Of a stretch of DNA of 64,000 nt, positions 31,188 through 41,279 are shown piece after piece (positions within the stretch are counted from its first letter, which is position 1; each line of letters starts with the position of its first letter). This stretch comes from Polyangiaceae bacterium (GTDB lineage Bacteria > Myxococcota_A > Polyangia > Polyangiales > Polyangiaceae), in contig CBDCTZ010000005.1 of NCBI GenBank assembly GCA_965222375.1, forward strand, positions 128,001-192,000, given 5' to 3'. The translations under genes were made by a program, and so were the position numbers. The notes under the pieces are model-generated. The model ran no database searches. It was not told the DNA's origin and saw only the letters and a list, made by a program, of their open reading frames with translations.

Positions 31188-32114
31188 GTGTCCGCCCCTC
31201 GCCTCATTGATGGGAAGTTCGTCTTGCGCAAGCGTCTCGGCGCAGGTGCGGGCGGCGAGGTGTGGGAGGCCGAAAACGTCGTGGTCGGGAAACGCGTCGC
31301 GTTGAAGTTGTTGCATCCAGATCTCGCACGAAACGGCGACACCCAGGCGACCTTCATGGCGGAAGCCCGCGCAGCCGCGGTGATTTCGCACCCAAACGTG
31401 ATCGACATCTACGATCTGGGAGTCGATGACGACGGCACCACCTACTTCGTCATGGAGCTTCTCGGCGGCGAGTCCCTGGCGGATGTCTTGCTCAACCGGG
31501 GCGCGATTCCAATCCCCTACGCCATCGAACTCATGCTTCAGATCCTGGCGGCACTATCTGCGGCTCACGAGCGCGGCATCGTGCATCGGGATCTCAAGCC
31601 ACAGAACATCATGGTGAGCCACCCTAGGCCGGATCGCCCGCACGTAAAAGTGCTCGACTTCGGCATCGCCGCGGGGCTCTTTGGCTCGGACTTCGCATCG
31701 GAAACCCGCCCCGTCGGCACACCCCTGTACACCGCACCGGAACAAGCCGTGGGCCGGGACGTGGATGCCCGAGCCGACGTCTATGCTGCAGGCGCAGTGC
31801 TGTACGAAATGCTCGTCGGCAGCCCACCCTTTGATGGCACCGACAGCTACGAAGTCCTGGCCAAAGTCGTCTCGGCTCCCCTCGTCGCGCCACGGCAGCT
31901 CAACCCACAAGTCCCGCAATCCCTTTCCGACGCGATCTGCAATGCGATGCAACGCGAGCTGGGGGATCGCACCCCCAGCGCCAAGGCTTTCGCCGCACAG
32001 CTGGCGCGCGTTCCGAGCGTAGGCGGCATCACTTTGCCGCCACAGATAGCTCCGAGCCTCGACCCGATCCCCCTCGTCGTGCCGTCCTCTCGACGCAAGC
32101 CCAAAGCCACCTAG
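31188..32114 (+). CDS. Ser/Thr protein kinase (catalytic domain only)
   Basis: GAGAGGEV, VALK, HRDLKPQN, DFG, GTPLYTAPEQ. Confidence 0.94.
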   Translation: MSAPRLIDGKFVLRKRLGAGAGGEVWEAENVVVGKRVALKLLHPDLARNGDTQATFMAEARAAAVISHPNVIDIYDLGVDDDGTTYFVMELLGGESLADVLLNRGAIPIPYAIELMLQILAALSAAHERGIVHRDLKPQNIMVSHPRPDRPHVKVLDFGIAAGLFGSDFASETRPVGTPLYTAPEQAVGRDVDARADVYAAGAVLYEMLVGSPPFDGTDSYEVLAKVVSAPLVAPRQLNPQVPQSLSDAICNAMQRELGDRTPSAKAFAAQLARVPSVGGITLPPQIAPSLDPIPLVVPSSRRKPKAT

Positions 32115-32119
32115 TGTGG

Positions 32120-33028
32120 TCAACGAGGTCTGGCGATTAGCGCGTTGGTCGTCGCCCGATGGGGAAGCAGCGTCCGCTTCTTGTCGCCAATTTCGACCAG
32201 CATGGAAGTCGAAAAGCCACCATCAAGATTGAGCGCCGTCCTGACGCCGAGCCCACCTTTCGCGCGGGGCGTTGCCATGAGGGTGGCGAACTCCGCGAGG
32301 GTCAACCCCGTGGAAGTGCTCTGCGCATTGAGCGCGACGACGGAGTCGGGCCGCTTGTCGGCGGCTCGCGTGTCGAAGGCGACCACGAAGATCACGCTCC
32401 CGTCTTTGCGAACGGCCACGGCGGATCGCGCGTCTCGCCGCATGTTCGAACGCTGGCGTACTACGGACTGTCCGGCGTCCACCAACCGGTCGATGCTCTG
32501 CAGAGCCAGGTCCGGCGTCTTGGGCAGTTCCGCGTCGCGATGAACAATGCGAGCCGCGCTCCCTTCCAACAAGAAAACCCCGGATCCGCCGGAGCGCGTT
32601 CTTGGCGCCAGCTCGCGCTTGTCGCTGACGACCCAGCCCATGGGTCGGTCATCACGACCGTAGAAGCTCCCGTTGATCGCGACATAGTCCCCCTGGCGAA
32701 GCTTTCCGACAACCACATCCAGAAGTGGTCGAGGCGTCCCGGCTTGAACCAGGCTCAGCCGCGTTTCGGACAAATCCACCCGCGCGACCCAAACCAATCC
32801 AGACGACTCGGGAAGCGAAAAGGCATGTTCGCTGAAAGACAGACCCGTGTCCGAGTCGAGCTTCGACAACGGGCGCAGCGCCGCACTCTGGGGGGATTGC
32901 GCTGATGCGCTCGGTGCAGGTGGTGGCGACGCAGAACTCGCTGCAGGAGCCGCCGGCTCTGGATCCCGTTTGTCGCACGCCGCGCTCACGCCGACTGCGA
33001 TCACGAAAAGCATGGCGGCGCTGCGCAT
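32120..33028 (-). CDS. Phosphodiester glycosidase (NAGPA-like) lipoprotein
   Basis: AINGSFY, RSAVA, G.TLAE, ALNLDGGFST. Confidence 0.82.
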   Translation of the reverse strand: MRSAAMLFVIAVGVSAACDKRDPEPAAPAASSASPPPAPSASAQSPQSAALRPLSKLDSDTGLSFSEHAFSLPESSGLVWVARVDLSETRLSLVQAGTPRPLLDVVVGKLRQGDYVAINGSFYGRDDRPMGWVVSDKRELAPRTRSGGSGVFLLEGSAARIVHRDAELPKTPDLALQSIDRLVDAGQSVVRQRSNMRRDARSAVAVRKDGSVIFVVAFDTRAADKRPDSVVALNAQSTSTGLTLAEFATLMATPRAKGGLGVRTALNLDGGFSTSMLVEIGDKKRTLLPHRATTNALIARPR

Positions 33029-33075
33029 GCGGCGCAGATTAAGCCGCAAGGACCGGTTGTGCTAGCGTCGCGAGC

Positions 33076-33495
33076 ATGGCGCAGCCGAGCGGGTTCCCAG
33101 TGCTCATCAAGTTCCCCCTGCATTGGGGCGAGATGGATGCTTTCGGGCACGTGAACAACACCAGGTACTTCACCTGGTTCGAGTCCGCGCGCATCCGTAC
33201 CTTCGAGAAGATCGGAGTGGTCACGGATAAACCCCTGCGGGTTGGCCCGATCCTGGCCACGACTCAGTGCGACTTCCTCAGGCCCATTGCCTACCCTGCG
33301 GACATCTGCGTCGGATGCCGAGTGTCCAAGATGGGCAACACCAGCATGACCATGGAGTACGAAGTCCGAACCGAAGACGCAGACCATCCCAGCGCCACCG
33401 GGTCCTCGGTGATCGTGCTGATAGACTATGAGACGGGGGCGAAAGTGCCCATTCCCAACGATATTCGCGAGAAAGTCAGCGGCCTCCGCCCCTGA
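33076..33495 (+). CDS. Acyl-CoA thioesterase (hot-dog fold, YbgC/FadM-like)
   Basis: WGEMDAFGHVNNTRYFTWFESAR. Confidence 0.93.
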   Translation: MAQPSGFPVLIKFPLHWGEMDAFGHVNNTRYFTWFESARIRTFEKIGVVTDKPLRVGPILATTQCDFLRPIAYPADICVGCRVSKMGNTSMTMEYEVRTEDADHPSATGSSVIVLIDYETGAKVPIPNDIREKVSGLRP

Positions 33496-33594
33496 CACGG
33501 CCAGGTCCAACGGGGTCGAAAAAGTCGTGCAAGGCCCGCCGACGGCTGGTGTCGATCCATTAGAAGCGGCGAACCGCCGCCAAGGAGGAAGCCC

Positions 33595-33945
33595 ATGGAG
33601 CGACGCGTTAGCCCTCGCACGAAGACCCGACTCGCCCTGTCGATCCGGCGCGGCAAGCTCACCTTCACAGCCCAGTGCATCGAACTGTCCCAGACGGGAC
33701 TGCTCGCCGAAGTGCCGCGGGCCCTTCGTTCCACAAGCTGGCCTTACGCAACCGCGCGACTGAGGCTTGGGGACGAAACCGTTCACCTGCTCTTGCGCCG
33801 GGTTCGCGTTCGGGGCGTCACAGCCGCCTATGCCTTCGCCGCACTGGATGAATCCGCACAATCGAGGCTGACGGATCACATCTTCGAAGTGATGCACCGC
33901 GCGCTGCCGCCGTCGCGGCGACGTCGTCTCAAGCGCGCCGCTTAG
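33595..33945 (+). CDS. PilZ domain protein
   Basis: ERRVSPR (RxxxR) and ELSQTG (D/NxSxxG variant). Confidence 0.75.
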   Translation: MERRVSPRTKTRLALSIRRGKLTFTAQCIELSQTGLLAEVPRALRSTSWPYATARLRLGDETVHLLLRRVRVRGVTAAYAFAALDESAQSRLTDHIFEVMHRALPPSRRRRLKRAA

Positions 33946-35518
33946 AGCCGCGCCGCCAGCTGCCCAAGCCCAGGGCGGTCAAGAGCAGCATCCAGAAGTT
34001 CGCGCCGGAGCGCTGGGCCATCGGTCGCAGACTGCAGCCACCACCGTCGGAGGTCTGCAGCGCCGCGGGTGCGGCTCCCTGACCTTGGCCACCGAACGCG
34101 CCGAAGCCACCAAAGCCCGACGTGGCGCCCGTGCCGGTGGCCCCGCCGGACCCCGGCCAGCCCGCAGTCCCCGAGCCAGCGGTTCCAGGGAAGCCTGCGG
34201 TCCCTGGACCTGCTTCGACGGGATCCCCGGAATCGGGTTGAGGCGTAACGCCCGCATCCGGTGGCGCGCTGCCGCACTGAGACGCTGGCAAGCAGTACTT
34301 TTCGCCATTGCCCACGTTGGCGCAGCAGCCCCCGGGCAAGCCCGTGCAGTCCGCTCCGGTCTTGCAAGGTGTGCTGCAGAAGCTGGAACTCTGGGTGTAG
34401 AGACATGCGTCTGCGCCGAGGTTCGGATTGCAGAACGGCAGGCTCTTGTTGCCCGGGTAGGCGCAGGGAGTTCCCAGGCCGCCCTTGAAGTTGTACTTCG
34501 GCGGGCCGGAACCGCAGCCACCTCCCGTGGGCTGAAACGTGACGTTGAGGGAATAGGCCCCCGGCTTGGAGCCGCTGGCGCCAGCGAAGGTGTCCGCCAC
34601 GATGTAGTAGGTCCCGCAATCTACGGGCTGCGTGAAGCTGCTGTCGTCGCGGGCAATGCAGTCGTTGGTGTTCATGGACGTGTATAGATGCACGTCGATG
34701 TCCACGCCCACGTCATCTTGCACGCTGACCGTGACGTTGCCGGGCTGATTGAAGGTCACCTGATAGATGTATTCGGGCCCCGTCTCCTTCGTAGAAGGCT
34801 TGGCCCCACAACCGTCGAGCACATCGCTCAAGGACGCGGTGGTGTTGCGCGCATCCGTGAAGGGCAGCGCCCCGATGGGAATTGGCTTTTCAGTCGTTCC
34901 AATGGGCTGCGCGGCCGTCGTTCCGGTGATCTTGTTGTAGCGGCGGGGCACGTAGCCATTGAGCCAGGACCAACCCGGCAGGCTGTAGTGCACGTTGTAG
35001 AATACGGACTCGTACAGTGCGGGTTCACCATTACCCAGCATGTGGCTGTGCATCGACATATGGTTGCCGGCGTCGTTGTAGATGTCGCCGGCCAACACCG
35101 CGCTCTGAGGAATTGCGCTCGACGTCTGGTGCACGCTGCTCGTGGTGTAGTGGCCCGATTGCCAGCATTGGCTGACGAAGCCGGAGCAATCCAGCCCCGA
35201 AGTGCAGGCGAGGATCCCATCCGCAGGATAGGACCCCGCGCCGTAGCCGGCGGCGATCTGCTGGTCGAAGCTGAACAGGGACATGTGACCGCCCCAGTCG
35301 TAGGGCAGGCCCATGTAGTCACCCGGCGCGTAGATGCTCTTGTACGCAGGGTTGCAGGACGCGGTGGCGTTTGCCGCAGTGGCTCGCCAGGGATGAAAGG
35401 CGAAGGCCTTCGCACGCACGATGGCTTCGGTCCGGGAAATCGCAGACGCGCTACAGGAGCTTCCGAGGGCGGCGCTGAGAGCCGCCAAGCCCAGCAGGGC
35501 TGAGGTCAGGCGAATCAT
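33929..35518 (-). CDS. NlpC/P60-like peptidase with PPC domain, Cys-rich region and MYXO-CTERM sorting signal
   Basis: PYDWGG, GLDCSGFVS, GD...NH; C-terminal GGGCS + TM + RR. Confidence 0.8.
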   Translation of the reverse strand: MIRLTSALLGLAALSAALGSSCSASAISRTEAIVRAKAFAFHPWRATAANATASCNPAYKSIYAPGDYMGLPYDWGGHMSLFSFDQQIAAGYGAGSYPADGILACTSGLDCSGFVSQCWQSGHYTTSSVHQTSSAIPQSAVLAGDIYNDAGNHMSMHSHMLGNGEPALYESVFYNVHYSLPGWSWLNGYVPRRYNKITGTTAAQPIGTTEKPIPIGALPFTDARNTTASLSDVLDGCGAKPSTKETGPEYIYQVTFNQPGNVTVSVQDDVGVDIDVHLYTSMNTNDCIARDDSSFTQPVDCGTYYIVADTFAGASGSKPGAYSLNVTFQPTGGGCGSGPPKYNFKGGLGTPCAYPGNKSLPFCNPNLGADACLYTQSSSFCSTPCKTGADCTGLPGGCCANVGNGEKYCLPASQCGSAPPDAGVTPQPDSGDPVEAGPGTAGFPGTAGSGTAGWPGSGGATGTGATSGFGGFGAFGGQGQGAAPAALQTSDGGGCSLRPMAQRSGANFWMLLLTALGLGSWRRGSKRRA

Positions 35519-36546
35519 TTCGTCACCTCCCCACCAAGCACCGCAAGGTTGGTGACGACCAGCCCTGCACTCGTAGCGTGAATGTGGCTCAACCGCCCGG
35601 CCCGGAAGGCCAGTTCGGTTCGGGGCAGGTACACGCCCGGCGCCGGCAAGGCCTCATCGACCAGGACCGCGCCGGTGACGGCGTTCACACACAATGCGCG
35701 GCGGTCAACGCTGATCTCCGGAAGGCTGCGGACCCGTTCGGTTCGCAAGCAGACAACCTCCGCCTCGCCACCCACGATGCGCGCCGCAGTGATCTCTCCC
35801 GCCAGCGCAGACGCGTGCAGCACCCGACCCCGCACGTTGCCTTCGGTTTGGCTCAGCTGGACCAACTCCGCGCGATCCTTGACGGCTCGAATTGCGACCC
35901 CACGGCCATCGGGCAAGATGTGCGCGCCCTCTCGCTTGCTACGCAGGGTGACTTCCAGCGCCAGGGGCGCCGACGGGCTACCCAGCTCCAGGCGCTCTTG
36001 AAAGCCCGTGTGAACACTGAGGCGACGCGACGGCCCGACGCTCAACCGCGTCAGCTCCCGCAGCTCCCTCGGCACCTGCATCTCTCCAGCGGACTGGCCT
36101 GTCGCATCGAAAAACCAGGCCCGAGCGCGCAGTGGGCTGAACGCCACGACGCTTCCGGCGCCCGCGATCAGTTCCTCGGCATCCTTGGGCACCGCTGCCA
36201 AGGTTCGCAGCTTGCCATCTGGTCCCACCGTCACGATGCGCTCCCCGAGGCGATCCAGAATCAGGCTCTGCCCGCTCTCGGAGATGGCCACCGCATTCGG
36301 TCCGTACGCCATGCTCTCGGGCCCGGCAGGATCGAGGCGGAGCTCTCCGGCTGCCTTCCCCCACGGCACGGTCACGCTGAACCGATCCGGAAGCTCTGCC
36401 GCCGCAGCGCTCGTCGTGACTGCTTCGGCGCGCCGCTGCTCCGACTGCGCGGTGCCAGTACTCTCTGATTCGAACTGGCAAGCGGCAAACGCCGAAAGCG
36501 ATGACGCGGCTAGCGCCACCCAACCTAAAAATCCCACTCGTTTCAT
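35515..36546 (-). CDS. Hypothetical lipoprotein, probable beta-propeller
   Basis: FAAC lipobox; ATGA-coupled to the NlpC/P60 gene. Confidence 0.75.
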   Translation of the reverse strand: MKRVGFLGWVALAASSLSAFAACQFESESTGTAQSEQRRAEAVTTSAAAAELPDRFSVTVPWGKAAGELRLDPAGPESMAYGPNAVAISESGQSLILDRLGERIVTVGPDGKLRTLAAVPKDAEELIAGAGSVVAFSPLRARAWFFDATGQSAGEMQVPRELRELTRLSVGPSRRLSVHTGFQERLELGSPSAPLALEVTLRSKREGAHILPDGRGVAIRAVKDRAELVQLSQTEGNVRGRVLHASALAGEITAARIVGGEAEVVCLRTERVRSLPEISVDRRALCVNAVTGAVLVDEALPAPGVYLPRTELAFRAGRLSHIHATSAGLVVTNLAVLGGEVTK

Positions 36547-36681
36547 GGCTCGATCTTTCCAGCGCTCGGGCCCCCCAAAGGCCTCCTGAGCGCGGGCGCC
36601 CTTTAGCACGGCTCGGCGACATGCAAAAGTCGCGGGATTTTCGTGAATGCTTTGGCGCCACTGCGCCACTGATTGACCACC

Positions 36682-36852
36682 ATGAACGAGCAAATCCAGC
36701 CGTCAGAGACGGTCGAGGACGATTGGTTCCTCGCCCCAGAGCCCGCCGCACCCCTCCGAGGAATAGCCCCAGAGCAGGAGCTCGATGACCCCTGGTTCGA
36801 TCGCTTCAAGCCCCTCAGCAGCTTTCCCCCGCCACCGCCCTCAGAAGTCTGA
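36682..36852 (+). CDS. Small acidic/Pro-rich protein (56 aa), absent from the track
   Basis: MNEQIQPSETVEDDWFLAPEPAAPLRGIAPEQELDDPWFDRFKPLSSFPPPPPSEV*; fills the intergenic gap. Confidence 0.55.
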   Translation: MNEQIQPSETVEDDWFLAPEPAAPLRGIAPEQELDDPWFDRFKPLSSFPPPPPSEV

Positions 36853-36903
36853 GCCCGCCCGCCGCTTCGAGTCAGCGAAAGCCGCATCTGCTACGCTAGC
36901 AGC

Positions 36904-38079
36904 GTGCGCTTCAACACAACCCTTGGGGTTTCGCTTTTCCTAGCTGGAGGAGCGGCACTCGCTGCGGCCTGTTCTGGCGCCACTTCCGACCCCACCAAGC
37001 CCCAGCAGGACGCTGGTCTAGATGGCTCAGCGGGTGCCACCGCAGACGCCTCAGCGGATGTGACCAACGACACTCAGATCGAGGTCGGCACGGATGCAAA
37101 CGGCGTTTGCAGCTGCGCGCCTGGGCTCCACAATCAGTCCATCATCGTCGTGTCGGCCCAGTCAGAGCTCTGGAGCTACGACCCTGCCAAGAGCAGCTTC
37201 ACGAAGATCGTAGACCTGAACTGCAGCGGGGAGAAGAACCCGTATTCCCTTGCCGTGGACCGTCGTGGCCTGGCTTGGGTGCTGTTCGCGGGAACCAACG
37301 ACATCCGAACTGTCGACGTCACGTCGCCGGCGGGCTGCACCGACCCGACGTATTTTCCCAACCAAAATGGCTTTGGCCTGTTCGGAATGGCCTTTTCAAC
37401 GGACAGCGAGCCCAAGGTGTGTGAGCGCATCTATGGTCTGAGTTATTCGGGTAGCGGCCCCTTCACTGAGGGCAAGAACGTGGGCGTGCTCGGCCGCATG
37501 GACCCGAGCACCAACATCATCACGAAGCTCGCCGATATCGACTACAACGGAGGAGAGTTGGCTGGAACCGGAGACGGGCGACTGTTTGCCTTCGCCGGGG
37601 ACAAACCCGCCAAGTTCGTCGAGTACGACAAGGCTACGGGAAACACCATCTCCGTGACCCCCCTCACGGGCTTTTCCAAAACCAACGCGTCGGCCTTCGC
37701 CCACTTCGCCGGGGACTTCTACTTCTTCACCGAGGCCACGCCCGCGGCGTGCGAGCCTTGCCTCCAGGCCACCTGCGCCGCAGAGTACGCACAGTGCCAG
37801 GGCGATGTGAATTGTTCTGGGGAACTCGCCTGCGCCCTGAGCGCATTCATGATCAGTGACGACTGCGGCGGACTGATGCCCCAGGCCGTTCAGAACTGCG
37901 TAAACGGCTGTGCCGCGGAGTGCCTTCCGGCCGCCGTGAATCGCAAGAGCCAGGTTCACCGCTTGGACTTCGACGGCAGCGACGAGTCAGCAGCCGGCCT
38001 GGTCCTGGAAAACCCATCCGCTCCAATACGGGTCGTGGGCGCGGACGCCTCGACCTGCGTGCAATTCGTCCCTCGCTGA
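36904..38079 (+). CDS. Lipoprotein with propeller-like region and Cys-rich insert
   Basis: AAAC lipobox, LAVDR.G.AWV, ELAGTGDGRLF, VVGADASTC. Confidence 0.8.
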   Translation: MRFNTTLGVSLFLAGGAALAAACSGATSDPTKPQQDAGLDGSAGATADASADVTNDTQIEVGTDANGVCSCAPGLHNQSIIVVSAQSELWSYDPAKSSFTKIVDLNCSGEKNPYSLAVDRRGLAWVLFAGTNDIRTVDVTSPAGCTDPTYFPNQNGFGLFGMAFSTDSEPKVCERIYGLSYSGSGPFTEGKNVGVLGRMDPSTNIITKLADIDYNGGELAGTGDGRLFAFAGDKPAKFVEYDKATGNTISVTPLTGFSKTNASAFAHFAGDFYFFTEATPAACEPCLQATCAAEYAQCQGDVNCSGELACALSAFMISDDCGGLMPQAVQNCVNGCAAECLPAAVNRKSQVHRLDFDGSDESAAGLVLENPSAPIRVVGADASTCVQFVPR

Positions 38080-38158
38080 TCGCCATCACCCGCGGGGCGA
38101 AATGCCCGCGCGCTCAAGCAGGGAGAAAAGCGCGCGCGAGTTCGATATGCTCCGCGCC

Positions 38159-38665
38159 ATGCTGTTCCGCATCTGCTGCATTGCCCTGACCTTGGTCGTA
38201 ACGAGCTGCATCCAGCGTCGCCCGGACCAGCGCCACCCCGCTAGCTGCGCCGATACCCGACAGCGCGCGCTGCCCGTAGCTCCCGACGATGAGGTCGCCG
38301 CCGCCTCGAGCCGAGCGAAACACATCGTGCGCGCGCGGGTTCATTTCACGGGCATGGTTCGCGGAGACGACGGCACGAGCTACGACTACGTCATCGTCGC
38401 GCCTCTGCAATTCCTACGAGGCAGCCCGGAAGGAACCCACGCGCGCCACCGCGAGGAGTTTCCACTGTTGATGCCAGCGGGCACGAGCACACTCGCTGAG
38501 ATGATGTGCCGCGAGGGCGACATCTTTCTTTTCTTGGTGGACATTCCCGCACCGGGCCAAGGTGCCCAGCGTGTGCCCGGAGACGTCGCGGCCGTGTTCG
38601 GCCCCGACGCCGTTACGTTGCACGGAGTGCTCGGGGATCACGAACGCGCGCGCATCGTGCCTTGA
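38159..38665 (+). CDS. Hypothetical lipoprotein
   Basis: Signal ending VTSC; TATGCT 7 nt before ATG. Confidence 0.6.
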   Translation: MLFRICCIALTLVVTSCIQRRPDQRHPASCADTRQRALPVAPDDEVAAASSRAKHIVRARVHFTGMVRGDDGTSYDYVIVAPLQFLRGSPEGTHARHREEFPLLMPAGTSTLAEMMCREGDIFLFLVDIPAPGQGAQRVPGDVAAVFGPDAVTLHGVLGDHERARIVP

Positions 38666-38690
38666 GGCGATCGACGCCCAAGTCCAGTGC

Positions 38691-39056
38691 ATGACAGCCA
38701 TTGCCTACATCTCGCTGTGGTTTCGCGCCTTCGCCGTCACCTTCTTTTCTGAAGCCGCCCTCGCCACGCCACTGTTGAAGCACGGCGAGCCCAGCTGGAA
38801 GCGGCGCCTATCCGTCGTCCTGCTGGTGAACGTCGCGAGCCATCCGGCTGTTTGGTTCATCTTTCCGGAGTTCGGCATGAGCTACATGGCGCGCCTCGTG
38901 CTGTCGGAAGCCTGGGCGGTTGGCTTGGAAGCCTGGGCCTATCGGCTGATTTTCCCGAAACTCACGCGAAAGCGCGCGCTCGTGATCTCCCTCTTGGCCA
39001 ACGCCCTATCCGTGGCCGTCGGGCTGTCCCTGCGCGGCCTCGGCGTGCGCGTGTAG
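38691..39056 (+). CDS. Small integral membrane protein
   Basis: About four hydrophobic segments; N.ASHP.VW and E.WAV..EA. Confidence 0.75.
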   Translation: MTAIAYISLWFRAFAVTFFSEAALATPLLKHGEPSWKRRLSVVLLVNVASHPAVWFIFPEFGMSYMARLVLSEAWAVGLEAWAYRLIFPKLTRKRALVISLLANALSVAVGLSLRGLGVRV

Positions 39057-39199
39057 CCGAAACAACCTGGGTCTTGGGCGCCGCAGTCCGCGCGGGCGGC
39101 GTGGCAGTCCGGCCCCAGCAAGCCCGCGAGTTTCCGGGAAAAGCACGGCGCACAGGCCTGGCCCAAGCCTTGCTCTAGGGCGCCGCGGAGGCATTTGGC

Positions 39200-41095
39200 G
39201 TGAACACTCGTGTACTCTTGGTGGGATTGGCATTCGGCGCTTTGGGCTGCAGCAGCGGCGCAGGCCCTTCGGGGCCGGGGGGCTCTGGGGGCGCGGGCAA
39301 TAGCGGTGGCTTCGGCGCATTCGGCGCATTCGGCGGCGGCGCAGGCCTGGGCGGCAGCGGGGGTAGCGTGACCCCACCGAGCTGTGATGCCGGGCGGGTG
39401 CTGTGTGGCACCGAGTGCGTGAACTTGGCGGAGGATCCTCGCCACTGCAGCGCCTGCGACGCCGCCTGTGGCGTCGGCGAAGTGTGCAGCGGTTCAACCT
39501 GCACTCTCATTGCCGACTGCACATCCACACCCTGCCCCGGGCTCTCCTACTGCGATCTGGCAACCAAGCAGTGCAAGCCCGGTTGTGCGTTCGCGGAACA
39601 ATGCGGCAGCAACGAAGTCTGCGACACGACCCAACACGCCTGCACTTGCGCTCCCGGTTTCCACCGCTGCGGCGGCGTATGCGTCCCGGAAACATCGACC
39701 GCGGCTTGCGGCGCGAGCTGCACGATCTGTCCCACAGATGCCAACGGGACCGCGAGCTGCAACGCCGGCAGCTGTTCACTGTCTTGCAACACGGGCTTCC
39801 ACGCCTGCGGCAATACCTGCAAAGACAGCAGCAGCGTGGATTCCTGCGGTAGTTCCTGCACGCCTTGCGCGAAGGATCCGAACGGCATCGCCACCTGCAA
39901 CGCAGGCAGCTGCGGGCTCAGTTGCAACACGGGCTACCACCTGTGCGGCTCGACCTGCGCGTCGGACACGAGCCCCAACTCCTGCGGCACCAGTTGCACC
40001 CCCTGCCCGACCAAGGCCGGCGCGACCGCCGCCTGCACCGCGGGCCAGTGCACTTACTCATGCACCAACGGCGTCACCTTCGACAAGGCGCTGAAGATCA
40101 AGAGCGGTGTGACCGGGCTCGGCGTCGGTGACGTGACCGGCGACGGCAAGCTGGACCTCGTCACATCCGGCGGCAATTCCGTCATGGTGCATCCAGGCAA
40201 TGGGGACGGCACCTTCAAAGCCGCCGTTGCCTACGCGCTGAGCAACGCAGCCGGATTGGCTCTCGGCGACATCAACGGTGACAATCGCCTCGACGTGGTC
40301 GTCGGCTCTGGGGTCTCCAACAGCACACTGCCGACCCGCGCGCTGTGGAAGCTTCTGGGCCAAGCCAATGGCACACTGAGTACGGCGAGCATCATCGAGA
40401 AGACCACCTTTCCGGCTGGAACCATCGTGCTGGCGGACTTCTCCGGCGACAGCATGCTCGACTACGCCTACCTGCACGGTTCAGGCAGCAACGTGTACTA
40501 CGCCACCGGAAACGGCAACGGCACCTTCGGCACCCGCCAGACCCGCTCCATCAACGTACACGCCATCGCGGCCGCAGACAGCACCGGCGACGGGCGCCTG
40601 GACCTCATCGCTGCAGGCTACGACAAGCTCCACACCCTACCCGGAACGGGCACGACCAGCATGCTGGGCTCGGAGGTGTCTCAAACCATCGCTTACCAAT
40701 CCAAGCGCCACTTGGGAGTCGGCGATCTGAACGGGGACAAGAAGGCAGATGCCGTGATTGGGAGCTCGAGCGACGGCATGGACGTGCATCTCGCCACCAG
40801 TGGCGGCAACTTCGGTCCCAAGACCAGCTACACCGGAAGCAAGCTGATCCCCGTGGTCGCTGACTTCAACGACGACGGCAAGCTCGACGCGACCCACGTC
40901 GACTATTCCTACGTGCACTTGCGCCTGGGCAATGGCAGCGGCAACTTGGGCGCCGCCGAGAAGCTCTACACCGGCAACAGCCCGGTCCGCGCGACCAGCG
41001 CAGACATGAACGGCGACGGGTTCGCGGATCTCGTCTACACCCGCTCGGCGACCTGGAACAAAGAGGTCGTCGTTCAGCTCAGCAAGTGCAAGTAG
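39200..41095 (+). CDS. Cys-rich repeat + FG-GAP/VCBS lipoprotein
   Basis: DPRHCSAC and 3x CG.SCT.C...NG.A.C repeats; DVTGDGKLD, DINGDNRLD, DFNDDGKLD, DMNGDGFAD. Confidence 0.88.
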   Translation: MNTRVLLVGLAFGALGCSSGAGPSGPGGSGGAGNSGGFGAFGAFGGGAGLGGSGGSVTPPSCDAGRVLCGTECVNLAEDPRHCSACDAACGVGEVCSGSTCTLIADCTSTPCPGLSYCDLATKQCKPGCAFAEQCGSNEVCDTTQHACTCAPGFHRCGGVCVPETSTAACGASCTICPTDANGTASCNAGSCSLSCNTGFHACGNTCKDSSSVDSCGSSCTPCAKDPNGIATCNAGSCGLSCNTGYHLCGSTCASDTSPNSCGTSCTPCPTKAGATAACTAGQCTYSCTNGVTFDKALKIKSGVTGLGVGDVTGDGKLDLVTSGGNSVMVHPGNGDGTFKAAVAYALSNAAGLALGDINGDNRLDVVVGSGVSNSTLPTRALWKLLGQANGTLSTASIIEKTTFPAGTIVLADFSGDSMLDYAYLHGSGSNVYYATGNGNGTFGTRQTRSINVHAIAAADSTGDGRLDLIAAGYDKLHTLPGTGTTSMLGSEVSQTIAYQSKRHLGVGDLNGDKKADAVIGSSSDGMDVHLATSGGNFGPKTSYTGSKLIPVVADFNDDGKLDATHVDYSYVHLRLGNGSGNLGAAEKLYTGNSPVRATSADMNGDGFADLVYTRSATWNKEVVVQLSKCK

Positions 41096-41279
41096 CTGCC
41101 TCTCTGGGTCGAGCTCGAACGTCTATTTTGGTTGGGGTCGACGCGCTTCGCGACGCGCTTCGTGATACCCGACGGGGTGATACCCGAAGGGCTCATGACT
41201 CAGCACATCGTTCTTGCGACATCTGCGGAGTCTCTTCCTAGGCCGACACCAGCCACCCGGCCCGACGTATTTTCTTGGC

